A stretch of DNA of 63,959 bases, counting the filler, from Bigelowiella natans CCMP2755 (taxonomy: Eukaryota; Protista; Cercozoa), in assembly GCA_000320545.1 (NCBI GenBank). It is 13 parts of 13 records of this genome, joined end to end, with 100 filler letters (N's around TTAATTAATTAA, not from the genome) between each part and the next. Parts side by side here need not be neighbours in the genome. Positions count along the whole stretch, not along the records: positions 1 to 14,923 come from ADNK01002974.1; positions 15,024 to 26,010 come from ADNK01002692.1; 11 more parts are not named here. One strand, 5' to 3'. Under the pieces are notes generated by a model. It did no database searches and had not been told where the DNA came from. It saw only the letters and a program-made list of their open reading frames with translations. Positions 1 to 19,580 of this stretch are shown one piece after another. The position numbers were made by a program, and so were the translations under genes. Numbering within the stretch: the stretch's first letter is position 1; every line of letters starts with the position of its first letter.

Positions 1-117
1 GGGGGGGGGGGGTGGGGATGGTAAAAAGGAAAACTAATCGTTCTAATATGAAGATACCCATCCTCTTTCAACTTCCCCCTTTCCCTAAGCTGAAAAATAT
101 AGAAAATTATTTGTTCT

Positions 118-2219
118 CTAGGCACCCTTCTTTTGATCAGATTTGACAGGAGAACTCCCCTCCTTATCATCTTTGGAGAGTTTCGCTTTCTCTTCTCCTA
201 CGTGTTCTGGGTTCTTTTCATTCTCATCCTTCTTGTCTTGTTCGGAAGGCTGCGTTTCCTCTCCACCAACGTCTTCTGGCTTGTCTCCATTCTCTCCTTC
301 CTCAGCCTGATAGTAGGGATAGTGATGGACATGTTGAGATCCAAATAGGTCAAACAATCTATAGTGATGGACATGTTGAGATCCAAATAGGTCAAACAAT
401 CTATCAGAGAACTACAAAGAAAACTGAGCAACAATACAACACTATCATCATCGTCGTCATCATCGTCGTCATCATTATCATCATCATCCTCAATTCCCCC
501 CTTCCTTCTCCTTCCATCTCATTACCGGAGGCCATGGAGCCTCGAGATCGTCAAGAGTCGCCCAGTGCTTTTCCCAATTTATCTTCAGACCCTGTTGTTA
601 GCACCACCACACATGTATTCCAATGCGATATGATGCAACAACATACGGTGAGAAGAGAGAAAAAAGAGCCTTCTTTTAAGGAGCAAAACCAATTTAAAAA
701 AACAAAAATATAGATTATCGAAAACATCAGAATACTAGAAGATTATCGTTATAAAACCTTCTCGAATGTCTCCAAAACACGAAGCATGCGAGTGCCTACG
801 AGACCGCCAAAATCAGCCGAAACAAGATATGTATGAATCATTATTTCACATGATCATTCATCATTATCATCATCATCATCATCTTCTTCTTCTTCTTCGT
901 CTTCTTCTATTTCCTCTCCTATCTATCAAACGGACGTGGAATGCCCTTTGCGAAGAACGAGTCCTTTGCAACCGTTTCCTTTACTTTCTCAGTGATTTTA
1001 GCTCCTGTGAGGAATGAATGTCAACCGGCACACACACACAAACACACACAATCACACATTCACGAAGAGAATAACTAACACCAAGATGAGTGGTCTGATA
1101 TGTACATACTCGCTCTTTCCCTGTTCGTATTGTACTACTTTTGCCTCCGCAATAAGACACGACGACTCTAGTAATGTTGCTATCCTATCCCCCTTCTTTC
1201 CAACCCATCGCTACTCTCTTTCATACTCTTCTTTTCCGTCATCAATGCTACATCCATGATTCTTACATGCAGCAACAAAAGGTGGTTCACGTAGTTCGAT
1301 AACAATTGGAAATATTGATGATTATATCGTTTGTCTCACCAGCCTCGAGTAGCACTATGGCGCAAGCTACGGAATCGCACTCACGAGATTGACGATACGT
1401 CTGGAACTTGGGTGTGACCTAGGAAAAAGTGTTTGCATGTGTGTGTGTGTGTGTGTGAGTGGGTGAAGGATGGGGGCGGAAGGAGGACGTCTATATGCGT
1501 ATGTACAATATCGATCGGTTTGGAGCGCTAAGCATCTGTAAATCCTATTTCTCCTCTTAACAATTAACGGGATTTTAAGAAAAAATGAAGGAAGGGGAAT
1601 CGGTAGAAAATACCTCATTATAGCTGAAGTTTCTGCTGACCCCGTGTTCAGTTTTCCATTCCTGTTGGCAATGGTGGTTATGATCATAAAGAAAAGGAGA
1701 AAGAAGAGAAACATGAAAGGATGATGTTGTTGTTGATGATGGTGGTGGTGGAGAAGAAGTCAAAAGAAGAAGGTGCAAAGTAAAGAAATATCATGATAGG
1801 AACTAAATGTGGTTTCATCTTCAACTAATACGTCACTACTATTACTACGACTACTGCTACCACCACTATAACAACAATTACATACTTTTCATCATAAATT
1901 ATCATCATCGTTATTATTATCATCATCAGTCCCGTACCGATGGCTTCTTTGCAGGACCACAGCCAGCTACCTAATGATGATAGTGGGATCGATCAATAGT
2001 CTGCTATACCAAAGTATAGCATCATCTCCTTCTTCTTCCTAGCAATACATGCATGCGTGTTTCAATTTGTGCATGTGCATGTGTGTGTGTGTATGTATTC
2101 GAATGCCTTGACGAGCGGCGTTTTTGAAAACCCAAGGTCCATATTCGGGTCTATTCCACGTGCCAGCACCTTATGCATTTCAATCATATAATATCACTAT
2201 AAATAAACAAATACATATA

Positions 2220-2260
<41 letters not shown>

Positions 2261-3314
2261 AGAACAAAAGCACGATATACTTGTTTAAGTGAGTAGACGT
2301 CATTCATAGTGGCAGCGCCATCGAGAACAGCTTTCAAGGGCATCCCTAAGTCCCACGGCTAAAAATATGAAACGATAAAAGTGACGACGATGACGATAAT
2401 GCTGCTGATGATGATAAATCTACATAACAGACACACAAACACTCACACACTCACAATAAAATTCAAAGTCATCTTGATACCTTCTTAGGGTGGACAGATT
2501 CTTCACCTGGGAACGATGAGAAACTCTGATCGTAGGTTAAAGGCAAATGACACAGGAATATGTGAGTGTACAATAATAGCAAGCTACGAAAAACGAGGAG
2601 ATGAAATCAAAGAAATTTCTCCAACCTTGAGTTTTTTCTCAATCGCGTCCACTGCAGCCTGATTGAAAATGTGACCATGTTATGATGATGATGTAAGTAC
2701 AATTAACACTCTCACGCCCCGTGCCTGTCAACACCACCCTGGCTCATCATCCCGATGAATAAATAATGGCAGCTTCCCCTTCCAACAAAGCGCAGGTCAT
2801 AATAACACAAATACAAACCTGATCCGTCTTCAACTCCGATAGCTTTACGATGTAGCTGTTTATTGCGTTACCCCAGTAGATCCGAGAACACAAATGAAAA
2901 AATATTTATTAATAATGAAAGGTTTGATATCGTCATCATCATTCTCCACGTCTATTATCATCCCCCCCCCATTCCCATCATCTGTTGATAGCACATATCT
3001 TCGCATTACTGTTGGTTGTTGATGACAACGTTCAGTAGCCCTTCCTTGTTCTCTTTGACCAATATCTGGAGATGATGGAAGGAGGTTGAAGGATAAGTGC
3101 AGTAATGCGAGGGGGAATGTAATGTGTTACAAAGAATGAGAAAATATGATACGAGGAAAGATGATTCACATCATTGCTAATACATTTTCTATACAAACAC
3201 GCTTCTCACATCCTCTCCCCTGCTCCCCTTCGTCTTCTCCCTTACGCACATTGGTATTTTGTGGAATATCATAAGCGTTGGTGATCTTCGGTTTTAGCGA
3301 AAAGAAACCGTCTC

Positions 3315-3374
<60 letters not shown>

Positions 3375-3772
3375 AAACCCTGAATATATTCGTGCCAAGA
3401 ACGTAAATTTTTTCTCTCGATCGAAGGAGAAAGCAAGCTTATCAAAGCCACTTCACGGAACTACGAATGCGTTCATAAGAGTCCAGTCGTTGCAAATGTG
3501 CGTGGGTGCGTGGGAAAACACCTGATATCTCTGCTTCGAGAGCGAGTTTCAATGCGGCTCTTTCGGCTTTCTTCGCTACCTGATATGGCGGTTGTCGTGT
3601 AGGTTATAGTTTAGGCTTTGAAGATACCCGTACTCTCATATGAACTGCTTCAAAATAAGCTATCAATATATGCATCAATGTCTAAGGACGATCTCTGGCA
3701 GCTGTTTCTCTTCAAATAAGTTAATAGAATATGCATTCATCCCTCCTTCCCCACTCTCAACTTCTTTTCACA

Positions 3773-3810
<38 letters not shown>

Positions 3811-3941
3811 TACTCTCTCTCTATTTTTATAATCGTTGTTTCTCCGAATCGCGGTGTTGATATTTATAATACCTCTTTGGCTTCCTCTATTTTCCTCTTC
3901 GTCTCCATAGCTGCTTCGTTCCCGAAAGCCTCCCTGTGAAT

Positions 3942-3981
<40 letters not shown>

Positions 3982-4109
3982 CACAAACACAAACACATAC
4001 ATAATATATAAATACACACATATATACATATGTATATAATCTGAAATTTACGTGTTTTTATTATACGTGTGCATTGTTTGTTCATGCTGGAGGTGATCGT
4101 AAAATACAT
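118..4109 (-). CDS. multi-exon protein with ankyrin-like segments and an acidic/charged C-terminal tail
   Basis: About 15 short exons with GT(GC)-AG borders translate to MEAFGNEAAMETKRKIEEAKE|VAKKAERAALKLALEAEISG..., DVYSLKQ|VLARGIDPNMDLGFSKTPLVK, CAIVLLEAG|AKITEK, and end AEEGENGDKPED...DQKKGA* at 118. The ankyrin resemblance is by eye only. Confidence 0.5.
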
Positions 4110-4494
4110 CTTTTTCGAAGCGGTGACGGGTTTCTTCTAGCTGTCTTCGCCGTAGCTCAGGAAGAAAGAACCAACGAAGTTAAATATCGTCGAATGCCAC
4201 TGTTCATGACTTAAACAAAGACCACAACAAATCCTTGTCTCAGATTCAAATTGGGGCCCTTTTCATCAAAAAAACAATTCTTCCCAGAATTTTTCTCGCA
4301 GAACAGAATACCCATTCTTGAAACCCCCCCACACGGTCTCACCATGACCTACTTCGTCAGCGTAGCATTTATGACTGCCAGTTTCTTTTTAATATTCATA
4401 TTTTTCAATAAGTCCATAAAAATAAGCGCAGATGGATTTTAAAACATAGTGTCCAACCGACCCCTTTCCTTGTATTCGTGTTCTCCAGGCAACG

Positions 4495-5476
4495 ATGACG
4501 ACGGTGATGATCGACAACTATGATAGCTTCACTTACAATGTATACCAGTACCTATGTGAGCTTGGGGCAAAGGTTCATGTTGCGAGGAACGATAAAATCA
4601 CTGTTGATGAAGTGAAGAAGCTAAATCCTATCAACATCGTTATCTCACCTGGTTGACATAAACGAAAAAAAATAGAAGAAGAGAAACACAGAATCCATTC
4701 CCTGAAAGAGACAAAAATATAAGAAGAAGAAGATGAAGATGAAGATGATGAAAAAGAAGAGGAAGAGGAGGAGGAGGATAAAGCGTTGATTTCCATGAAA
4801 GTATGCATTGCTTTCAGGGCCAGGTTCCCCAAAAGATGCAGGAGTATCGATGGGAGTGATTAAGGTAGGCCAAAGGAATCGATTTAGCTTGATGAAAATT
4901 ATAAGATGATGATGATGATGGTTATAGTGATGACGATGATGAATCAATATGACTATCTAAGCGCCCACCTCTCAGGAATTCGCAGGAAAAGTACCAATTT
5001 TAGGAATATGCCTTGGCCACCAGTGCATTTTTGAAGTAATACATGTTTCTTACATATGGGACTCATGGTTTATCATCCGCAGCGGTTGATTTAAGCAACC
5101 TGATATCAGGTTTTCGGTGGCAAAGTAGTGGTATCAGGAGAAATTTGGCATGGAAAGACGTCAGATATGTATCACGATGAAAAAGGGTGAGTGAGTTTGG
5201 ATTCCCTCCCTCTAATCCCACTAAAAACAAGTTTCTTCAGGCTTTACGATGGAATTCCAACGCCATTTAAGGCAACACGATATCATTCTCTAGTTGGTGA
5301 TAAGGCAACTTTACCAAAGGTGCATTAGATAGCATCATAATCGCAATATCGTCTATAACTTCCGCTGTTTTTTAGGAACTCATAGTTACTTGTAAAACAA
5401 AGAACGGCCTCATTCAAGGAGTACGGCATAAGACACTTCCGGTTGAATACTATATAAAATATGTTTCCATAAAGAC

Positions 5477-5513
<37 letters not shown>

Positions 5514-5746
5514 CTTATATTATGTGTGCTTGTGTGTGTGTGTGTGTGTGTGTGTGTGCATTTGTATAAAGCACTCACATACACGAATGAATCTATGTAA
5601 TTCCTCAGAAATTTGATATTATTTCAACTGCATAGATCTATGGCGTACAGTATCATCCAGAATCCTGTATCTCGGAGCATGGAAAAAAACTGCTTTCAAA
5701 TTTTCTCGGTTTCAAAATGAATGGCCAACAGAATGACTCGAAGTGA
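4495..5746 (+). CDS. trpG: anthranilate synthase component II / type-1 glutamine amidotransferase (TrpG/PabA family), stand-alone, 7 exons
   Basis: Exons give [34 protein letters not shown] (catalytic Cys), [15 protein letters not shown] and GVQYHPES (catalytic His/Glu), with TGA at 5744-5746. A possible extra in-frame first exon MTYF lies at 4344-4355. Confidence 0.93.
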
Positions 5747-6675
5747 ATGACTACCGATAGAAGGCGAAAATATCTGGAACTCTACCAAAGAATCATTTAC
5801 GTTATCCGAAAAACTTGTGGATGACACCAAGTCATCAAAGATCAAACGCTCTAAAGTATGGACATCAATGATGAAGATTTGTGCAGACATGCACGTACAT
5901 ACGTACATGCTCGCACGTAGCATGGCATTTAGGGCAAGGACATCATGCACACGCACGCAACAGCAATGACGGAGAACAATTGCCATCATCATGTTCGCAG
6001 GCACGATCGCGATGTTTCGCTATATCGCATCGCTAGATCGTGCCGCACAGCGTGCAATTCGTGGCTTAAACAGGCACACACACACAAGCTACGTGCAAGA
6101 GGGCGAATATGACTCATGATGATGCGATGGACCTCTAATCGCTACACAATTCATGAGTGGCCGAAACCGGTCACAACTAGACAAAGTCCTTGTGCTGTGC
6201 GCGCACTTGTATGACTAGCTGAGTACATTATAGCTGGCGCGCAACAATGCTAGAATGATCGAGCACTTCGACCACCTGCTTATTAGATAAAAATCTAATC
6301 TGATACGAGCTCGCCATGCTCCAACACCCACAACGCACGTGCGTCGGATTTAAGAATGTGATCGCTACATCGCTACTGCGCAACTGTGTGGATGTGTACA
6401 TGAATGACACGATACGATGCACGCGACAGCAGATGTGTAGAGATATCTAGCTGATACATGTATACGTACAGACGTCTGCTAGCTCTAGAGCTTGTGTGAT
6501 TGCAGGTTTGCTCTATGTGCTGAACTAGATGGGATAAATACCAGTACATCGTATTTTGGGGAAATTCTAGAGATTGACTAATTAAAGGTGCCAAAATTAT
6601 AACAATTTACTTTCAATAACCAAGCAGGACGCATCTAACAAATGCATGAGATCCTGAATAAGCCACTTAGAAAAT

Positions 6676-7275
6676 TTAAACACCAAAGGACGACCCACAT
6701 CCACATGTGTCTTTTGCATTTGGATTAAAGAATTTGAAGCCGCCTCCTATGAGATCATCATTGTAATCCAGAGTCATCCCGAAGAGATAGAGCAAGCTTT
6801 TTGGATCAATGATGCACTTGAATCCATTATATTCTACAACTGTATCATCTGCCTCTACAGCATCGGATCCTACAATATCCATCGTGTATGACATTCCTGA
6901 GCAACCTCCAGACTTAACCCCAACTCTAAAAAAAGCTTCATCAAGCCCTTTTGAAACCTTAAGTTCAGCAATCCTTTTTTCCGCATTTGGACTGATTTGA
7001 ATTATTCCTGCTTCAGCAGCGCTTAAAACACCTCCAACTCCAAGTTGTTCACATTTGCAGTCTAAGGGCATTCTACTTTGTCGGGAAGGGACATTGATCC
7101 TCTCAATCATCCGATTCTGTGGCCATGCAAAGTGCGACTCTCCCAGTTTAATGTATCTTTGGGTTCTAAGAGAATTCATTGTTCCACTGCGTAGGCGCAC
7201 TCTTGTAGCATCTGCTGATTTGGAGAAAGTAACAATTGTTGTCAGTGTGAAGAGGAGAAGGTGCTCCTTCATCAT
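6676..7275 (-). CDS. A-type Fe-S carrier (SufA/IscA/HesB) with a bipartite plastid-targeting-like leader, intronless
   Basis: GVKSGGCSGMSY, DPKSLLYLFGMTLDY and NPNAKDTCGCGSSF motifs. Hydrophobic N-terminus (LLLFTLTTIVTFS) followed by an R/S-rich segment. Confidence 0.92.
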   Translation of the reverse strand: MMKEHLLLFTLTTIVTFSKSADATRVRLRSGTMNSLRTQRYIKLGESHFAWPQNRMIERINVPSRQSRMPLDCKCEQLGVGGVLSAAEAGIIQISPNAEKRIAELKVSKGLDEAFFRVGVKSGGCSGMSYTMDIVGSDAVEADDTVVEYNGFKCIIDPKSLLYLFGMTLDYNDDLIGGGFKFFNPNAKDTCGCGSSFGV

Positions 7276-7846
7276 GAGAGGAGGGGAGAGGACTTTCTTC
7301 TTCTCTTTCCTCTCTCTTTCCTGTTGTTGTCAGGAGTTCTCTGAGAGATTCTCTCTCACTCTCTCTCTCTCTCTCCCTCTCTCTCTCTTGACACACACAA
7401 CTAGATCTACTCGTAGATCTACAACAACAACAACAACAACAACAACAACATCAGAAAACACATTAAATAGCCGGTCAGCCGCCACCCGGGTGGAACTCCT
7501 GACATATCATCACCATCACAGCGTGAACTCCTGACAACACAAGCACTACTGTACCACAACATCTTTACAATACAAAGCGATACACCTCACCGCCAACAGT
7601 CTGTCCCCGTCCTACACACAATAGTCTACATGACGACGACGACGACGACTACTATGGAACTAGTAGGCTCGCAGGTCCTTCCCCCTTTTGTTATTGTTAC
7701 TTCCTCCTCACTAAATATAGAATTGCTACTTTTTCCTTCCTTTTGTCGAGAATCTAAGCTTGCCTTTACAAGATCTATAACACCCTCAATCGTTAGAGTG
7801 TTTCCTGTTACTTTTTCCACCTCGCCTTTGTTCGATCATTTGCTGT

Positions 7847-7878
<32 letters not shown>

Positions 7879-8500
7879 AAGAAGAAGAAGAAGAAGAAGA
7901 AGAAGACCTTGATTCGTCTTCCATTATAAAATTAGCGACTTCGGCGTCGCTTATGCAGCCGGGTTGTTCTGGTTATGGTCGTGGCGAGTCTCACAGCGTC
8001 CATTAACTCTTTTGTCGACGGATCGAATACTAGAGGAGGAGGAGGCGAACACCGGTGCTTCTGACAATATAGCTGCCAGAGTTCTGAAGAATGATGATGA
8101 TGGGATCATCATTTAAACCGGCATGCGTATATTCGTTCGCTTATTTTGATAATTAGTGACAATATAACACCTAAGTAGGCGTCGTCTTCGAGGAGGTCAA
8201 TCATCAAAACCATCTGCCAAGCAACTCTATGGCTTTGATAATAAAGGTGGTTGGTTATATTATCATGCTCTACTATGATAATACACAAACTCGATGCAAT
8301 TACTAAACTGATTTATAAATTACTAGATTGGTAGTAATTACTATTTTGGGCGAAAATTTTCATTGTCCTATCATAATCTAACTATAGACAATGACCCTCA
8401 TTATTGTGACACCCTCACTATTATAATTATTATTATTATTATTATTATTATATTGCTATTATTATTGTTGTTATTATTATTATTATCTATCCATCTACAG

Positions 8501-14683
<6,183 letters not shown>

Positions 14684-14734
14684 GTATTATTAAGTATGTA
14701 CTGCTTGTTGGAATGATGATGAGGATGAGGATGA

Positions 14735-14771
14735 TGATGGTGTTAACAGGGAGATACACACCGCACACACA

Positions 14772-14813
<42 letters not shown>

Positions 14814-14853
14814 TTGGCTGATGGTGTTAACAGGGAGATACACACCGCACACA

Positions 14854-14893
<40 letters not shown>

Positions 14894-14923
14894 TTGGCTG
14901 ATGGTGTTAACAGGGAGATACAC
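14735..14923. repeat. about 80-bp minisatellite, 3 copies, with an embedded (GA)n tract
   Basis: TGATGGTGTTAACAGGGAGATACAC recurs at about 14735, 14819 and 14899, separated by CA/GA tracts. It runs into the gap. Confidence 0.85.
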
Positions 14924-15023
14924 NNNNNNNNNNNNNNNNNNNNNNNNNNNNNNNNNNNNNNNNNNNNTTAATTAATTAANNNNNNNNNNNNNNNNNNNNN
15001 NNNNNNNNNNNNNNNNNNNNNNN
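14924..15023. other. artificial contig linker (first of 12)
   Basis: N-run + TTAATTAATTAA (stops in all six frames) + N-run, 100 bp. Others start at 26011, 39732, 41086, 42395, 45459, 47288, 48950, 50218, 59773, 61144 and 62544. Confidence 0.98.
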
Positions 15024-15034
15024 ATGTATATATA

Positions 15035-15086
<52 letters not shown>

Positions 15087-15220
15087 TATAATATTATACG
15101 TAGAACCACACACATGCACCGCCGGGGAGTTGCCAACAAGCGAAGAAACAACAGCAACAACAACACAAGGCAAAACAAAGAGACTTTCCCTCCTCCCCAT
15201 TCGCTTCGGTTTTCGATAAC

Positions 15221-15537
15221 TCAATAGCAGGTCGGCAGGGAGGCAGCCACGCATTGTATTGGCAGCACACTAACTGGCCCCACCCCTGCTTTGAGACAGC
15301 AATACGCGATTTGAATGGCTATTGATTCCGCCGCTGGCGCCCTCTTAGGATTGCGTCCAGGATGTGATTTGCTGACGGCTCCTCCTCCTCCTCCTCCTCC
15401 TTCTCCTCCTTTACTTTCTCTGTTGGTCTCGCTGGAGAGGTCCGTAGCATCTGGTTCCTCCTCGCCATTCGTCGTAGCACCATCGCTTTCACTTTCAGCA
15501 TTGCTAGTTCTTCTGCTGGAAGGACGGGTGCTCCGAC

Positions 15538-15570
<33 letters not shown>

Positions 15571-16669
15571 TATCATTACTATCACTACTACTACTGCTAC
15601 TACTACTACTACTACTAATCCTACTGCTACTTTGAAGGCTGTCCCCTCTCCTGGTATAGGCGCTGGAGCTGCCACTACCACCACCACTACCACTACCACT
15701 ACCACCAACCCCACTGCCATAATTATGCTTGAGGCCGCTGCGAATATAATACTTTCCGTCGTTGGCGTTGGCGTTGTCGTGAAGGCCATCATCATCGCCC
15801 TTCCTCTTATTTCCCCTGAGACGCTGCTGCAGCAGCGGGCGCCGGCTGGATTGCATCATGCCCCCCCCCCCCTTGTCGGACCCGCAATTGCCCAGCAGGT
15901 GCAAGGCCGCGGGGGCGCTTAAAACGAAACCTGCTTTGGAATCGTGAAACGTCGTGGTTTCAGTGACAACACGCCTCCCCAGAAAATGGGGTTCAGACGC
16001 ATCGTAACTGCCCAGAAACCTGCGGGTGAAAGAGAAAGGGGGGGGGGGGGGAGATGGGGCGATGAAGATTCTCCTTCATACATCTGCAGCGCGTGTGATG
16101 CCAGTACACATGATGGCACCATCCTACTGCTGCTACCTCTTCAAGTTAGAAGCGATCAGGTACGTTGCAGCTTCAATTCGAATCTGAGGGGGGGAGGGGG
16201 GGGGACAGTTTAGGTTAAGGGTAAAAAGGAGGTGCGGGTGGATGACAAAGAAGAAGAAGAAGAAGAAGAAGAAGAAGAAGAAGAAGAAGGAGAAGGAGAA
16301 GAAATCAGCAACGGGGAGGAATACTAGGAATATTATGTTTTATGCGGGATCACGACTTACCACCCACTGCGGCTGCTCGGAAACTAATGGCGACGATTGC
16401 GATGTTGAAGATAAGGGAGGCGAGAGTGCCTGGTCAAGTGCCCAGAGAAAGACCTCACTCTCCTCCTCCATCTCAATTGGAGGGCTCCACACCTCCTCGT
16501 CAAATACCTTCCATCGTCAAACAAACACAGAAAGGGGACAGTGGTGGCGGAGAGCGTCGTTCAGATAATGATGATGATGAAACAATGATGGTGACTGTCC
16601 CCTTGCCAACCCTTCATTTGTAAGTTGACGTCGTCGTTATATCGTACAATATTGTTGCTCCAACTCCTC

Positions 16670-16718
<49 letters not shown>

Positions 16719-17979
16719 AATCTCTCTCTCTCTCAACTATCACGAAACAAGGCACTACGGGAAGACATATGCAGGGACGACGATAATAATAAATATATCA
16801 TCTTCAGTATCACTGTCGCCTTCGTTCACGTCTCGTATCCGCTTTTCTCTCATCAGCAATAGCAGCTCAGTATATGATAGAAACATGATCTCCCCCCCCC
16901 CCCCCCCTCGTTTTCACACCTGTTCAGAGCTGACGAAAACCAACCGAATTCCCAGAGGGAGGGACGCTCTGTAAGTGTAACACGCACATAGGTGAGTATC
17001 ATCCGAGCGCGTGCGATTCGAGCCTCATCGTACAAACACTATGCTGCCCTTCTGCTTTTTCACTGAGGGAAAGTCAAAAGTCTCTCGACGCTCAGTACTG
17101 TATTTGTTGTGGCCTCGCCGCAAAGTCAAAATCCCTCCTCTTTGTTCTCGCTCAAAATACTACAGCATCATCATCGTCATCATCTATTCTTGGGATGATC
17201 GCCTCTCACTCTCTTCAATCTGAACATACACATGAAGAATATAAGCCGTAGCAGCAGCTAGTACCCCCACGTCTCGAGGATGAATTTCACCCTGTCCTTA
17301 TACGTCTCCGCCCCCGCATCGTCGCCTGAGCGTATTGTTAAAATGGCGTGGCGAGAAAGATGAATGCGAGGAGGAATAACATAGTGCTGGCTGCTGCTTT
17401 CTTGTATATAGTCGGCACACGCGAAGACACGCAATAAGAAGGCCAACAAACAAATCCTAAATCAGTGGTTCATATTCGCAGTAATCACTCTCTCTCCTTC
17501 CTCGGCTTTTAAAATTTTATTACCTGGGCACACTAGAATGAGTATATTCGTTGCCCTCCTCCTCCTCCTCCTCCTCCTCCTCCCTCCCTTGCCGCCATTA
17601 TCATCGTGCTCCTCCAGGCTGCCGTTGTCTGGATTTCCCATCTTCGATGGTGCACTACCGCGGCTATTGCCCCAAATCCACAGCGATGAAGAATGAGAAG
17701 AAGGGGAAGAAGACACGTTTGAACGTGAAGAAGAAGTAGTTGTAGTGCCCATGACGAAACTTGAAAAGAGCCCCCCATAGCTACCATTCGGAGCAGAAGA
17801 TGAAGATGTGGAGGATGAAGAAGAAGAAGAAGAAGAAGAAGAAGAAGAAGCTCTGTCCGCTGATGGTTGTGTAAAGACGGTGATGTTGATGAGGAGAACA
17901 AATATTGATTTCGTGTTTGAGATACTATAAATCAATACTCAAAATATTTGTCATATAAAGTAAATATTTCTTTAAATTA

Positions 17980-18011
<32 letters not shown>

Positions 18012-18013
18012 AT

Positions 18014-18047
<34 letters not shown>

Positions 18048-18218
18048 AAATAAATGAATAAATGTAAGCTATATCTACGCGTCCTATATTAGTATTTACC
18101 CGCCCAATCCTCTGGAAGATTTTCTGCATCGAAGTGCAGCATCCAAACCGACATCATCACCTGTTTTTGGTTGCAATGTTGGTGGGATGATTATTTCAAG
18201 ACGAATGTGAGAAACTCG

Positions 18219-18271
<53 letters not shown>

Positions 18272-18368
18272 ACGCACCGCAACTCCGATGATCATTCGCT
18301 GCATCCAACGGGTTTTACTTGCTTTCCAGTAGTATTGACGGGACCACTTCATGTGCATCAGGTCGGAC

Positions 18369-18404
<36 letters not shown>

Positions 18405-18950
18405 TATATGTATATGTATGTATGAAAAGTATAGTAGCAACAAAATGCCAGACTTACGAATTTTACCCTTCACTGGAAAAAAGAAAGAAATTCCATAATT
18501 TTTTTTAAGAAAAGAGGATCTGCCATTGCTGCAAGTCGATGCTTGAGATCGATGTTTGACTTCCAATATTTTAGGTTTTCATTGATCCAGTGTAAGCTCC
18601 CCCACAGAGACTGACAATCTGCAAGTACCTTAGCCCTTGCCCTCGGGGTGAGATGGTTCTGATAGCAGGGAAGATAGCGACAGCACAACAACCTCCAAAT
18701 CAACGAGCAGAGGGAGCATATTGCGCTGAAGCCCAGGCCCAACGCATTGCACGTGAACCTGGAGTAAAGAAAAAATATATATTACTGAAACATAGAAAAC
18801 AAATCATTGGAATAATCACAGCGGCCCCTTCATTCTCAGAAAGCCTCGATGGGTCAATGTTTGAACAACCTGAGCAGCAGTGACATCTGGAGATGCGAAG
18901 AAGTCGCACGTCTCTTTTCTGAAGAATGACTATTTCCCCGTGGTAGTCAT
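15221..18950 (-). CDS. multi-exon hypothetical protein with Ser/Gly low-complexity inserts; weak resemblance to NCA2/DGS1 proteins
   Basis: Exon-like blocks: SLHWINENLKYWKSN, SDLMHMKWSRQYYWK, DLFVGLLIACLRVC, YKDRVKFILETW, PSLWEFGWFSSALNR, IRIEAATYLIASNLKR, GFWAVTMRLNPIFWGG. The ends are unresolved and the family call is tentative. Confidence 0.4.
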
Positions 18951-19580
18951 ATCGCAGTAGCCTTGGGTCGGGCGCTGTTCTTGGTCACTCTCTAGCAGCG
19001 CCAACGATGATGCAAAGGAAATTTATGCCAGACTGACGTGCAGACGATAGATGAGAAGAAAATAAAGTTTATGAACAGCATTTAACAAGTAAAAGCGTTG
19101 GCCTTCCCCTATAAATCCCCCTTCGAGACCCGGAGTATTCGGTCAAACGATTTAATCACGCAAGTATCCTCACCTCGCAGACCTATTTGAACTTGGGGGT
19201 CGCTACCGTTCACTGCGAGAGGAAGGAAAAGAGAAAGAGAAGTGGCACAAGGGGGGGCAGGGAAGACTCTTAGTCTGGACAAGAATTTAAGCCAATAATA
19301 TCCAAGTTTCCTCAAGTCACCCGGGTGCGACATTTCTCTTCATTTTAGAGCTAAATCAACAAAAACCGCCTACGTTTTGAGATTTACGGGCTTCTGGCTA
19401 GGGCGGGAAGGTCTTTGCGTTCGCTCAGACGAACGAGCTACGACGTAGAAATTGGGTTGTCGCAAGATATTTTTGAAGAGCAATCTGCCACTCAGTTACG
19501 CTTCGGAGCAAGCCGTCTCCTACATCCGAGTCGAGGAGGGCTTCCGCGATTGGTCGTGGATCGATAAGGCTGGCTCGATA

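Noticed and set aside
14735-14923. CRISPR-like direct repeats
   Set aside because: The spacers are near-identical CA/GA tracts, the context is a eukaryotic intron and there are no cas genes. It is a minisatellite, possibly mis-assembled.
14968-14979. TTAATTAATTAA palindrome recurring 12 times
   Set aside because: It is always centred in 100-bp N spacers, so it is an assembly linker. Adjacency across linkers was not used as evidence.
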